Source: Alphaproteobacteria bacterium
Lineage (GTDB): Bacteria > Pseudomonadota > Alphaproteobacteria > UBA8317
DNA length: 64,000 bases
Assembly: GCA_038131935.1 (NCBI GenBank)
Contig: JAYPQH010000027.1
Span: 1 to 64,000, forward strand
Direction: 5' to 3'
Positions 18,911 through 29,178 of this stretch are shown here, in pieces. Each line of letters starts with the position of its first letter. Position 1 is the stretch's first letter. The translations under genes were made by a program, and so were the position numbers. The notes beneath the pieces are model-generated. The model had not been told where the DNA came from and did no database searches. It saw only the letters and a list, made by a program, of their open reading frames with translations.

Positions 18911-20698
18911 ATGGTAGGAATAGTCACGGACACAGGTAATCTTTATGCACAAGCAGCCGTAAGAACAGCGGGTCAAGATAAAGAAGAGGCCATGCGGCGG
19001 CTTTCCACAGGCAAACAGTTAAATAGTGCTTCTGATGATGCGGCTGGGGTGTCCATTGCTTCACGGCATACGTTAAATATTGTTGCCTTGCGTAAAGCCA
19101 TGGATAATGCGGCAGACGCTCAAAACCTCCTCGCAACCGCTGAAGGTGGTATGGTTGAGATTGAGAACATCTTGCAGCGTGTTCGTGAACTCATTGTTCA
19201 AGGCGCCAATGACACATTGAGTCCAGATGACCGTTCGAAAGTAAAGTTAGAAATTGACTTGCTGATTGAAGAAATTGACCGTATCGCCGAAACCACCACT
19301 TGGGCGGGGGAAGTACTCTTCAATGGAGTTCGTCCCGCAGGTGAGCTTGCCACAACAATTGGTGAGGTAAAAAATCTGAACTTTCATATAGGAGCGATGT
19401 CCAATGCAGCCAACACGGTGGGCATTGATTTAAAAGCTCTTACTTCGCAGGCCTTGGGCATCAAAGCAGGTGTCATTATTCCAGAAATGACTGGCTCTGC
19501 AACAGATGTAGCACCTCTTGCCAATAGTTATGTGGTTAATAATGCAACAGCAACCTCGGCAAACTTGGAGATCAATTATAGCTTTAACGCAGGGGATACC
19601 TACAGCTTCAAAATTAATGGCCATACTGTGTCCATCACCGCTGATGCAGATGATGGCTATGCCAATAATATGGCTGGACTCAATGCCCAAATGGTCGATG
19701 AAATCAACAGGATTTCAGGGGCGCAATTTGATGGAAGCAATAATTTTACCCAATCAGATTTGGGTTTTTACGCAACGCTTTCCAATACAGGAAAAGTAGC
19801 GATCAGCTATCCTGCACCCGTTGTGAGTGATGTTACTGATAGCAACACCCCAGCGACCTTTTCGGTGACCAACCAAACGCTAACGCAATCAACTGTTGGG
19901 AATTCAGCTTCATTAAAAATCAATGGAACATCCGTCACGCTTCCTGCAGTTGCGTCTCCTTTCTCTAATGACGCAGCTGGTTGGTCGGCACAGGCGGTAC
20001 AAAAAATTGAGGATGCTGGGGTCTCTGGACTTACATTTGATACAACAACTGCTGGTTCCGTAACATTAACGTCTAATTTGGTCGTTTCCGATCTTGTAAC
20101 CACGGCCCAAGTTGGTGATGATGTGGGACTCCAAATTCAAGGATCGAAGGTATCCGTCATAGGGGCAGCGTCGGTAGGGGATAGCTTCAGTTTGGTGATT
20201 CCAACTGAGGCCATACCCAATGGAAAAACAATTACCGTGACCTTAGGCGCCACTGATGGAACCACTGCGGCAGAGATTGCCAGCCTTATCAAGGCAGAAA
20301 TTTCAACAGCAATGACGAATGATACAAACTTTGTTGTGGAGGTTGTTGATAATCAAGATGGCTCATTAACCATTGTGGAGGCGACGAGTAATGGCATTGT
20401 TGTTGACAGCAACAGCACAGCCAATGCGTCTTTGGTGAAGGTTGAAAATGCACTTTCAACACTTGCAGAAGCTCGAGCAGAATTAGGTGCCATGGTTAAT
20501 CGCATGGGCAGTGCCATTGAGAATTTGAGTTCAATTGCCGTAAATTCAGAATTAAGTCTTGGTCGCATCGTTGATGCAGATTACGCTGTAGAAATGGCGA
20601 AGTTCACAACAGCTCAAATATTGGAACAAGCAGCCATGGCGATGATGGCGCAAGCCAACGCTTCAAAGCAGCAGGTCATGACCTTATTGCAAGGATAA
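18911..20698 (+). CDS. fliC: flagellin (595 aa, large variable region)
   Basis: N-term RLSTGKQLNSASDDAAG, LQRVRELIVQGANDT; C-term RAELGAMVNR, GRIVDADYAVE, QILEQAAMAMMAQAN. Confidence 0.93.
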   Translation: MVGIVTDTGNLYAQAAVRTAGQDKEEAMRRLSTGKQLNSASDDAAGVSIASRHTLNIVALRKAMDNAADAQNLLATAEGGMVEIENILQRVRELIVQGANDTLSPDDRSKVKLEIDLLIEEIDRIAETTTWAGEVLFNGVRPAGELATTIGEVKNLNFHIGAMSNAANTVGIDLKALTSQALGIKAGVIIPEMTGSATDVAPLANSYVVNNATATSANLEINYSFNAGDTYSFKINGHTVSITADADDGYANNMAGLNAQMVDEINRISGAQFDGSNNFTQSDLGFYATLSNTGKVAISYPAPVVSDVTDSNTPATFSVTNQTLTQSTVGNSASLKINGTSVTLPAVASPFSNDAAGWSAQAVQKIEDAGVSGLTFDTTTAGSVTLTSNLVVSDLVTTAQVGDDVGLQIQGSKVSVIGAASVGDSFSLVIPTEAIPNGKTITVTLGATDGTTAAEIASLIKAEISTAMTNDTNFVVEVVDNQDGSLTIVEATSNGIVVDSNSTANASLVKVENALSTLAEARAELGAMVNRMGSAIENLSSIAVNSELSLGRIVDADYAVEMAKFTTAQILEQAAMAMMAQANASKQQVMTLLQG

Positions 20699-20722
20699 TA
20701 AATGCTTTCATTTCCATTTTAT

Positions 20723-20796
20723 GCCGATGAACAACCCTTTCGCCTTGGTGTTCATCGGTTGGGTAAGAGCAAAAGCGCGATAGCTGTTTCGCTTTT
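20723..20796. terminator. stem-loops between the convergent flagellin and aldolase genes
   Basis: GCCGATGAACA...TGTTCATCGGT and AAAAGCG...CGCTTTT inverted repeats. Confidence 0.5.
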
Positions 20797-20824
20797 AAAG
20801 CCTCTCTTTTAACCTGGTAAGAAT

Positions 20825-21601
20825 TCAAGTTTTGTAGCTTGGATCTATTTGGTCAAGTTTTCGGCAGAGCGCGGCAAACTCTAACGCCCCATAGTCTGCT
20901 TCTGCAGCTGCAAAATTGTTCACATCATTACCTGACTTCTGAGCAACATCTTCTGGTATGATGCGCAACGTGCCCGCTGCACCTGCATCCAACTGAACTT
21001 GAGCGGCTCGTTCCAAACGATACAACCATAAAAATGCCTCTGGAATTGTTTTGCCAGTCGTCAGAAGGCCATGGTTTTCTAGGATCATCGCATGGTGAGC
21101 CCCTAAGCTTTCAATCAAACGTTCGCGCTCATCAAGGTAGAGGCTGACACCTTCATAGGTGTGATAGCTCAAGCGGTGATGTAATGCGGTTGAGCCCATA
21201 GAAATGGGCAATAGACCTTCTTTGACAGCGGCGATAGCCATACCCGCGCGTGAATGGGTGTGCATGACAACATGATGTTCAGCATCTTCTGCCATGTGAA
21301 TGGCAGAGTGAATAACAAAACCAGCAGCGTTCACGGGGTAGGGGTTTTCATCATCTACTTTGTTCCCATCAACGTCAATTTTAACAAGATTAGAGGCCGT
21401 AACTTCATCATAGCGTAGGCCATAAGGATTGATCAGGAAATGAACCTTATCCCCAGGAACACGTGCGGTAAGATGGCCATATATCAGCTCACACCATCCG
21501 AAATGATCCACAAGTCTATAGGCTGCGGCTAGCGCAACCCGCAGGTCCCACTCTTCTTGAGGTATGGCTTTTTGCCTTGTGAATTCAACAAATGCGTTCA
21601 T
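20825..21601 (-). CDS. class II aldolase/adducin family protein
   Basis: GHLTARVP, AGFVIHSAIH, HTHS and NHGLL Zn ligands. Confidence 0.9.
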   Translation of the reverse strand: MNAFVEFTRQKAIPQEEWDLRVALAAAYRLVDHFGWCELIYGHLTARVPGDKVHFLINPYGLRYDEVTASNLVKIDVDGNKVDDENPYPVNAAGFVIHSAIHMAEDAEHHVVMHTHSRAGMAIAAVKEGLLPISMGSTALHHRLSYHTYEGVSLYLDERERLIESLGAHHAMILENHGLLTTGKTIPEAFLWLYRLERAAQVQLDAGAAGTLRIIPEDVAQKSGNDVNNFAAAEADYGALEFAALCRKLDQIDPSYKT

Positions 21602-21736
21602 CTTCCCAACTCCTCTTAATTTTAAGGCTTGATACCCTTGGTTCACGGAGATGGTGCAGAATTATCTTTCTGTTGGCAATCAAATTTTCTTAACCCAAGC
21701 AACCAAGAGTAATTGCTCTTGGCTGCTTAGATACAA

Positions 21737-22642
21737 TCAGACCGAGAATCCATGTGGGGCTAAGTCGGCCAGCAATTGATCCCGCTTTTCATCTGACATG
21801 GGACGGAAAGGGGGGCGCAACTTCGCCCAATTTGCCTCACCAGTGGATTTGGCCAAGATGGCTTTCTGCGCTGGTATAGGTGCATAATCCTGAAACAAAA
21901 CACGAACCGCACGAACGGTTTGGTGTAAGCTTTCAGCTTCTTCCCACTGTCCAGAATGACAAAGATCAATCACTTTGCCGATATTGGTGGGGTTGAGGTT
22001 GGCGGTTGCAGAGATACATCCTGGAGCGCCCAATTTGATGGCGTCGATGACGGGAAGCTCCGAACCGGGATAGACAATCAATCCCTCAATAGCCAAAAGC
22101 TTTTGCGTATTTTCCCAGTTGCCAGAGCTATCTTTGATGCCAACAATTACCTCTGGAAAACTATTATGTAAGCGTTGTACCAAATCTATCGACAATCCTA
22201 CCCCTGATACTTGAGGGATATGGTACAGATAGATTTTTAAATTGGGACGATCAATTTCCTGGATAAGGCTTGCATAATAATCAAACAAACCTTCATCACT
22301 CATGCCTTTGAAGTAAAAGGGAGGTAAGGTCATAACCCCTGCACAGCCTAAGTCCATGGCATGTTGGCAAAGGATCGTGGTGTCTGCAATGTTGCACAAA
22401 CCAGTGCCAGGTATGAGAACAGATGCATCTATGCCGGCATCTACAAGCCCATCAAGTGCGTCCATACGCTCTTGGTTGCCTACGGATAATGCTTCCCCAG
22501 TGGTTCCAAAAGGGGCGAGGCCAGAACATCCATTTGCCAATAGATGCAGAGCCAGCTTGTTGTACAATTCTTGGTCGACTTTGGTGTCAGACGAAAATGG
22601 GGTCAGGATTGGCGCAATGAGTCCTTTGATCATGACGGTCAC
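21737..22642 (-). CDS. dihydrodipicolinate synthase family (DapA-like) class I lyase
   Basis: GTTGEA, YHIPQ and GIKDSSG (Schiff-base Lys). Confidence 0.9.
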   Translation of the reverse strand: MTVMIKGLIAPILTPFSSDTKVDQELYNKLALHLLANGCSGLAPFGTTGEALSVGNQERMDALDGLVDAGIDASVLIPGTGLCNIADTTILCQHAMDLGCAGVMTLPPFYFKGMSDEGLFDYYASLIQEIDRPNLKIYLYHIPQVSGVGLSIDLVQRLHNSFPEVIVGIKDSSGNWENTQKLLAIEGLIVYPGSELPVIDAIKLGAPGCISATANLNPTNIGKVIDLCHSGQWEEAESLHQTVRAVRVLFQDYAPIPAQKAILAKSTGEANWAKLRPPFRPMSDEKRDQLLADLAPHGFSV

Positions 22643-22782
22643 CTCAAATGGTCAGGTTGATGAAAAACGTTCGTAAGGTTTCACATCTAGGCGATTTTTC
22701 CTAGAGGAGATTTACCAAAAATATCTTGCCTGGAAAGCTTCGAACATGCTCCCCTTATGCATATCAACAAAAGAGGTGTCAC

Positions 22783-23562
22783 ATGACAGGGCGTTTGCAA
22801 AACAAAAGAGGTTTAATCACAGCTGCAGCTTCAGGCATGGGACGTGCTGGCGCAGAAATGTTTGCGGCACAGGGTGCATCTGTTGCTCTTGCTGATCACA
22901 ATACACAGGAACTTGAGAAACTGGTTGCTCATATTCAAAACAATGGAGGAAAAGCGGTTGCGTTGCCTGGAGACCTCTCTGACGTGGAACGTGCAAAAAC
23001 CATTGCTGATGACGCGGCATCACATTTAGGGGGCTTGGATTTTGTTTGGAACCATTTGGGCCATCCTGGGCCTGGTCGTGTTGAGGGAATGGATCAGAAC
23101 GACTTCAATCTTGCGGTTGATTTGAATATGCGCTCTGTATTTGCAACCACTGAAGCCGCGCTTCGTTATTTGCGGCAAAGTTCTGGGGGGAGTATTTTGT
23201 ACACAGCTTCCACGGGAGGTCTTGTAGGATCTCGTTATTCGCCTGTCTACTCTGCCATGAAACATGCTGTTGTTGGTTACATGAAATCCCTTGCATTACG
23301 GGTCGCTGCAGATGGTATTCGTGTTAACGCTCTGTGCCCTGGTCCTATTGAAACCCCTATGTTTGGGGTTTTTGGAAGTCGCCCAGATCAACCCCAACGT
23401 AGCCTAGATGAGGTTCGTCAAGCAGCTGAGCGTATTGTGCCCTTGGGGCGGATAGGTCAGCCAGAAGAGGTCGCACATGCAGCTCTGTTTCTGTTGTCGG
23501 ATGAGGCGTCATTCATTACCGGCGCTACCTTAGCGGTAGATGGTGGTTTTACTGCTGGATAA
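22783..23562 (+). CDS. SDR family oxidoreductase
   Basis: TAAASGMG, YSAMK, IRVNALCPG, VDGG. Confidence 0.92.
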   Translation: MTGRLQNKRGLITAAASGMGRAGAEMFAAQGASVALADHNTQELEKLVAHIQNNGGKAVALPGDLSDVERAKTIADDAASHLGGLDFVWNHLGHPGPGRVEGMDQNDFNLAVDLNMRSVFATTEAALRYLRQSSGGSILYTASTGGLVGSRYSPVYSAMKHAVVGYMKSLALRVAADGIRVNALCPGPIETPMFGVFGSRPDQPQRSLDEVRQAAERIVPLGRIGQPEEVAHAALFLLSDEASFITGATLAVDGGFTAG

Positions 23563-25362
23563 TCAGCTTCGCGCCAGTTCGTCTTGAGCAATTTGTAAGG
23601 CCAAATATTTCGAAAATTGTCTGCATTGCGAGAACGCGCCAGCGGTGAACCATAAACCTTCCTGAGCCGTACGTGTCCACATGTTTGACAATTCTTGGCG
23701 GTTTCCAAAGCCCCAAATCTTGCCGACCTTTTTTGCGACATCTGGCCCAAATAAGTCCAAAACCATGGATTCTGGTCCTTCATAGCCTGTGGCCAAAACC
23801 AGCAATTCAGCGGTCTTTTCATCTCCATTGGTCATTTTAAGGCCTTTGGGGGTAAAGGCTTCGATGTCTTGGCTGGCCATTAATTTGATTTCGCCATTAA
23901 TCAACAATTCTGAGCAGCCTATATTGAAATAATAACCTCCCCCTCGGTTACGGTACAAAAGGGGCCAACCGGTATCATCTGGACCAAAATACAAACGGAA
24001 ACCTACCTTTTCCAAACCCTCAAGGAGTTCTTTGTCCAGTTTCTTGCTTTCTGCTGTGATCAACTTGTGCATCTCAATCATAGGTTCAAGCGGTGTTGCA
24101 ATGGCAAGAATATCCCTATCCTCGAGGCTCGGTCCTGGGGTGAGCAAAAGGCTGTCATACAGCTGGGCTGATGGTTCTACATTGGTGATCAGTGTGGGGC
24201 TGCGTTGTATCATGGTGACATGAGCGCCATGGCCATGAAGTTCTTGAGAGATATCGTGGCTACTTGTGCCTGTGCCCATAACCAATACAGACTTATCACG
24301 GTAGCGTTCAGCATCATGAAATTGGCTCGAGTGGAGAACATCACCTTCAAATGAATCTAGCCCTGGAAGTGAAGGGATCTTGGGTTTGTTGCTTACGCTT
24401 GTGGCCATGATGATATGACGGGGATACATATGACGAATATTTCCATCTTTTGTGCGAAGTTGGACCTCCCATTTTTGGTCATGATCAAGGCGTTTTGCGC
24501 CAAGGAAATCTGTTTGGGTCCAAAAATTGATTTCCATGGCTTCGACATAGAATTCCAGCCAATTCGCAATTTTATCTTTGGGTATGTATAAAGGCCAAGT
24601 TTTGGGGAATGGAAGAAAAGGAAGATGGTTGGAGTCTTTTTGATTGTGAAGCGACAGGGTGTGGTAACGTTTGCGCCAATTGTCTCCAATTCTCTCCATG
24701 CGGTCTACAACCAGACAATCAATTCCTAAATTTCCCAATTGTGCAGCTGCGGTTAAACCGGCATGGCCACCTCCAACAATCAAAACCGTTGGTTCATGTT
24801 GTTCGTAAGCTGCAGATTTTTTTCGTTCATCCAACCAATTTGGACCGGTAAAATCACGAGCGTAGGGATCATTGCGCTGCTGATCGGGTTCAGTGTTGGG
24901 GGTGATATCATCAAGTTGGGCAAGAGCCGTCATGATGGTCCATGCACGTAGTTGGTCATTTTCCAGTATAAAACGCAGGACAGCCTCTCCTGAGCCACCA
25001 TCCCATTCAAAAGCAGCAATAACCTCAAGGACATCCCGTCCCGCGCGCTTTACCCATCTGATGGGTTCACGCTTGGTATCTATATGGAAGTTTGCTGCTT
25101 TTTTGTGCGGCTGGGTCTCAGACCATTTTTGGTTCATTTCCTCAAGGCCTGAACATGTATCAATCACCCGTCCAAAGGCTACAATATCACGCCAATGGGC
25201 ATCTTGAAGAAAGAGTCCTGTCTGAGAAAGCTTGCAACTGGAGCCACTGGCTTTGGTAATCAACCACTGGTTAAATTCATGAAACCATTGATTCACATCA
25301 TCAGTTGTCACGGGATCAGATCCCTTGGCATGAGCTTCAGAGAGGATATTAACATTGTTCAT
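23563..25362 (-). CDS. flavin-containing monooxygenase (FMO-type) with N-terminal extension
   Basis: GGGHAG, GDNWRKRY, FEGDVLHSSQF fingerprint, GTGTSSHD, ATGY. Start codon uncertain. Confidence 0.88.
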   Translation of the reverse strand: MNNVNILSEAHAKGSDPVTTDDVNQWFHEFNQWLITKASGSSCKLSQTGLFLQDAHWRDIVAFGRVIDTCSGLEEMNQKWSETQPHKKAANFHIDTKREPIRWVKRAGRDVLEVIAAFEWDGGSGEAVLRFILENDQLRAWTIMTALAQLDDITPNTEPDQQRNDPYARDFTGPNWLDERKKSAAYEQHEPTVLIVGGGHAGLTAAAQLGNLGIDCLVVDRMERIGDNWRKRYHTLSLHNQKDSNHLPFLPFPKTWPLYIPKDKIANWLEFYVEAMEINFWTQTDFLGAKRLDHDQKWEVQLRTKDGNIRHMYPRHIIMATSVSNKPKIPSLPGLDSFEGDVLHSSQFHDAERYRDKSVLVMGTGTSSHDISQELHGHGAHVTMIQRSPTLITNVEPSAQLYDSLLLTPGPSLEDRDILAIATPLEPMIEMHKLITAESKKLDKELLEGLEKVGFRLYFGPDDTGWPLLYRNRGGGYYFNIGCSELLINGEIKLMASQDIEAFTPKGLKMTNGDEKTAELLVLATGYEGPESMVLDLFGPDVAKKVGKIWGFGNRQELSNMWTRTAQEGLWFTAGAFSQCRQFSKYLALQIAQDELARS

Positions 25363-25454
25363 ATTGTTGCCTGTAAGATCAAAACGGAATGTTACGAGTG
25401 TAAAAGTTTGATCTTCCAATGCAAGAGCTTAGTTGGTGCCTGTGACAACAGTTT

Positions 25455-26504
25455 TTATGATGTTGTGGGTTTTGGCCGGTCCACGAAATAGTCTGTTATA
25501 CCAGCGGCAAGCCACATAAACAGCAAAGCTACCCATGCTGTAACAGCCATCACAGCGCCGCCAGTGATACCCGCACCAACTGCACAACCACCCGCCATCA
25601 TGCCACCATACCCCATCAAACAGGCGCCGATGAGATAACGTGAAAGACCTGTTTCATGGGTGAAGGTTGCAATAGAGAATTGCCCAGTTGCCTGCGCTGC
25701 ACAAAAACTTCCCACAAAAACACCCAATACGATACCAATATCAAACTCGAGTGGGATCATAGGGCTATTGATCAAACCCATAAGCGTATCGGCCGAGGGC
25801 CCGGTAAAACTTACGGACTTGATGGGAACCAGTTCAAAAGACCAGCCTGCATGCCACGCCGTGATGCCCCAGCCCATCGCGACACTGAGACCCACAAGAA
25901 TTGCAAAAATATAACGCTTGACGCTTGTGTCGGACCGTTGGGCAAACCAAATCGCGACACCAAATAGGATAACCGCAAAGATCAATGCGCCATGGGCGGG
26001 AAGGTGGTTCGTGAGATCTCGATCAAACGGTGCGACCAGCCACCAGCTCGATATCTCCATACGGCTAGGCGATAGAGCACCGCGCAAGCTGGCTTGTGAA
26101 ATGACGGTGACCACCAAGCCTGTGAGCAGTGCCCGAAGGTTACCAGTAGCCGATAACACCAACAACCGACTTGCACAGCCCCGCGCCAAAATCATGCCAA
26201 TACCGAACATAGACCCCCCAATAATGGCGCCTGAGAGGGATCCTGTTGTTGCCAATTGTCGTATGTCAGCACGCGGTAGCCATTCAATGCTGACAAGCCA
26301 TTGTGTGCAAAACAGCGCCGTTGCAAAAGTGAATAGCCAAATGGCGAATTTGGAACCTGATTGACCACGCCAGAATTCAATGCAAGCTGAGCGAAGACAA
26401 AATTGGCTTTGTTGGGCACAAGCACCAAAAAGGAGGCCTGTGATCAGGCCAATAATCAGCGACACCTCACCGGCTGAATAGGCCTCAAGCCAAGCGCCAA
26501 ACAT
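25455..26504 (-). CDS. YeeE/YedE family sulfur (thiosulfate-type) transporter
   Basis: FCLR, FGIGMILARGC and MGYGGMMAGGC conserved Cys motifs. Confidence 0.88.
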   Translation of the reverse strand: MFGAWLEAYSAGEVSLIIGLITGLLFGACAQQSQFCLRSACIEFWRGQSGSKFAIWLFTFATALFCTQWLVSIEWLPRADIRQLATTGSLSGAIIGGSMFGIGMILARGCASRLLVLSATGNLRALLTGLVVTVISQASLRGALSPSRMEISSWWLVAPFDRDLTNHLPAHGALIFAVILFGVAIWFAQRSDTSVKRYIFAILVGLSVAMGWGITAWHAGWSFELVPIKSVSFTGPSADTLMGLINSPMIPLEFDIGIVLGVFVGSFCAAQATGQFSIATFTHETGLSRYLIGACLMGYGGMMAGGCAVGAGITGGAVMAVTAWVALLFMWLAAGITDYFVDRPKPTTS

Positions 26505-26629
26505 GTGTCTCTCCTTATTATGCAATCCTATGGGATGGCTACATCCCAATCATAGATGGAGAAACTACACAAGTCTTGTGGGGTTTTCCAGATGTCTAAC
26601 CTTACCCCAAGTCCCAAAGCTCAAATGTT

Positions 26630-27711
26630 CTATGCGTTGAGACGCCGTTTCCGTTGGGCATCATGTAGTAAGGCTGCCATGCGGTAAAATCCATGCATCA
26701 TTTTGGAGAAAGGTAGCGTGACAAAGAATGCCATGACCAAGGACAGATGGATGGCAAGAAAGGTCGAAACGGCAGAAGTCCCCGTAGCGGCATACAACAT
26801 GAGTCCAGACAGACCAACAAGACCCGTTAACATGACAAATGCTTGGTCTCCAGTCGTTGTCGATACCGACCCAAGTTCAGGGTCTGCTTTGCTTCTCATA
26901 AACCATAACCCCAAAGAACCAATCGTCAGTAAAACCCCACCAGATATTCCAAAAATTTTGGGCAAAGTCCAAATGCCGTAAGGTGCAGGCCAATCAAACC
27001 ATAATGCATAATGGTGGCAACCGATGTAGAGGCGAAGCATAATAAGAACCCAAAAAGAACTGCTTGATGCGCATGCCTGCGGCCATTAGAGTATCGGTCT
27101 TTTTTCTCAAAATTACAGCCAAGTTCTTGACCGCCTTTAAGGTTGCGCATCGTAGCCACGGCGCGTGAGGCCTCGAAAATATCTTGAAGATGTAACATCC
27201 CACCCCCAACAAATTTCCAATAGGAGTGAACGGACCAAATACCCAACGCCAGGGGAAGCAAAAAAGCTGGTGCAAAAATGGCAACCATGACATTATGGGA
27301 TAGGTAGCCATAAAACCCTAACCCTTCAGGATTGGGAAACTGCATCATGGCCCCGATGAGAAAGAGGAAACTCAGGGAAACAATAGATACCCAAGCAGCT
27401 GCATGAGTCGATATCCATTTGGCCAATTGTTTGGGCTTTGCAAACTCAATCCATGAGGCATGACGCAATTCTGCCAGGGTGCCGGGCAAATTGATCGCAA
27501 ATTCATGAGGTGGGGTATATTGACAGGCATAATAACATCCCCGGCAATTATGACATAAATTTGCCAATTGGATCATGTCATGATCTTGATGTTCTCTTTT
27601 CGCGGATACAGCCGGGAATACAGCGCAGTAAGATGAACAAAAACGACAAGCGTTGCAGATGGAAATTTGTCGGTTTGCTTCTTTCGTAAGGGCAACCAAA
27701 TCAAGCTGCAT
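26630..27711 (-). CDS. tcuB: TcuB/CitB-type 4Fe-4S membrane protein (frameshift near 26997)
   Basis: ICNACRFCSSYCAVFP, ANLCHNCRGCYYACQY, LPFSKMMH; the two ORFs join by one T in a T-run. Confidence 0.85.
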
Positions 27712-29119
27712 AATGTGATGCTCCTTTCCCAGCTAAGCGGCCAAATACGGTTCCAATTGTCATGCCAAAACCCGCCAAGTAGCCTTGCCCCAAAATACTT
27801 CCCGCCATGATTTCTCCTGCCGCCCAAATATTTTCAAAACGGCCTGTTTCATGATGGACACGGGCTTCTTCATCAACTTTGAGACCCAGATAAGTAAATG
27901 TTACGCCAGGGCGTAATGAGTACGCATAAAAAGGTGGCTCCAAAATAGGACGGGCCCAATTTGTTTTGTTGATCTCAAGTCCCTTGGTGCTTAACCCGTC
28001 AAGTTCTGTTGGGTGAAAAGAACCTTCTTGGCATGCGGCGTTGTAAGCCGTGATTGTCTCTTCAAGTTTTTGCCCTGGTAGCCCAAGAACCTGAGCCAAG
28101 CCTCCTATGGTGTCAGCTGTCTCAGGGGGGAAAACGGAAGGCATGAACAGATCTCGTGAGCGGCTATCGATGATAGAAAATGCGATTTGGTCAGGCTGTG
28201 CAGCCACCAAACGTCCCCAAATTGCATAACGCTTCGGCCAAACGTCTTCACCTTCGTCGTAAAAACGTTCACCTTTATTGTTCACCACCACCGAGAAAGG
28301 AACACAATCAAGTCGCGTTACAATCCCACCATCAAATTTGGGTGCGCGTCCGTCAATGGCTACCGCGTGACATTGGGTAGGGTCTCCCACTGTCGAGGCG
28401 CCTTGGTCCATCATGTCGCGCAGTACAACCCCACGATTGTAAGGGGTGCCCCGAATAAGAAAGTTTTCTGCAGCTGGTCCCCAAGCCCGTGCCAACCATT
28501 CAAGATCAGCTTGAAATCCTCCTGATGCAAGCACCAGTGATTTTGCAGAAAAGGTTTGCCGGCCTTCTGGTCCTTCTGCTTCAATATGGGTAAATGCCAA
28601 GCCTTCAAGCCCTACATGGGTAACAGACGTTTCGTAGCGCACATCAACGCCAAAGTCTTCAGCGGTGTTGTATAAGGCATTCACAACTGCTTTGCCGCCC
28701 CCCAGAAAAAAGGCATTGGTGCGCGACAATGATAATGTACCCGCTAGAGATGGTTGAAAGCGTACGCCTTGTTGTTCAAGCCACGGCAAACAATCCTCAG
28801 ATGATCGAATGGCAAGACGCGCAAGCGTTTCGTCGGTTTGCCCTGCGGTAACGCGCAAAAGATCATCATAATATTCATCTTCGTCATAGGTGCCACTTAG
28901 GACCGACATAGGGCCATCATGTTTGCAACGGAAATTGCGGGTGTGGCGACTGTTTCCGCCCCGATAGACCTTTGGGGCAGATTCCAAAACAATCACTTTC
29001 GCGCCATTGCGTGCGGCGGTGACCGCAGCGCAGAGGGCAGCATTGCCTCCGCCCACAACAATGACATCATAGATTTGATCAGTATGTTTGGAAGATGAGG
29101 TCGACGAAGCGTGATGCAT
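27701..29119 (-). CDS. tcuA: FAD-dependent tricarballylate dehydrogenase TcuA (CobZ N-domain family)
   Basis: GGGNAALCAA, RGGNSRHTRN, FQPSLAGTLSLSRTNAFFLGGGK, GEDVWPKRYAIWG. Confidence 0.9.
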   Translation of the reverse strand: MHHASSTSSSKHTDQIYDVIVVGGGNAALCAAVTAARNGAKVIVLESAPKVYRGGNSRHTRNFRCKHDGPMSVLSGTYDEDEYYDDLLRVTAGQTDETLARLAIRSSEDCLPWLEQQGVRFQPSLAGTLSLSRTNAFFLGGGKAVVNALYNTAEDFGVDVRYETSVTHVGLEGLAFTHIEAEGPEGRQTFSAKSLVLASGGFQADLEWLARAWGPAAENFLIRGTPYNRGVVLRDMMDQGASTVGDPTQCHAVAIDGRAPKFDGGIVTRLDCVPFSVVVNNKGERFYDEGEDVWPKRYAIWGRLVAAQPDQIAFSIIDSRSRDLFMPSVFPPETADTIGGLAQVLGLPGQKLEETITAYNAACQEGSFHPTELDGLSTKGLEINKTNWARPILEPPFYAYSLRPGVTFTYLGLKVDEEARVHHETGRFENIWAAGEIMAGSILGQGYLAGFGMTIGTVFGRLAGKGASHYAA

Positions 29120-29178
29120 AAGTTTGAACTCACTGAAATGGCTATTGATGGTTTGATTAGAGATTTGCGATGTAGAGG

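Noticed and set aside
21737-22642. True dapA of lysine biosynthesis
   Set aside because: Only family-level motifs are present and the context is catabolic.
26630-29119. cobZ (cobalamin ring contraction)
   Set aside because: The genes are split as tcuA/tcuB and there are no cob genes in the window.
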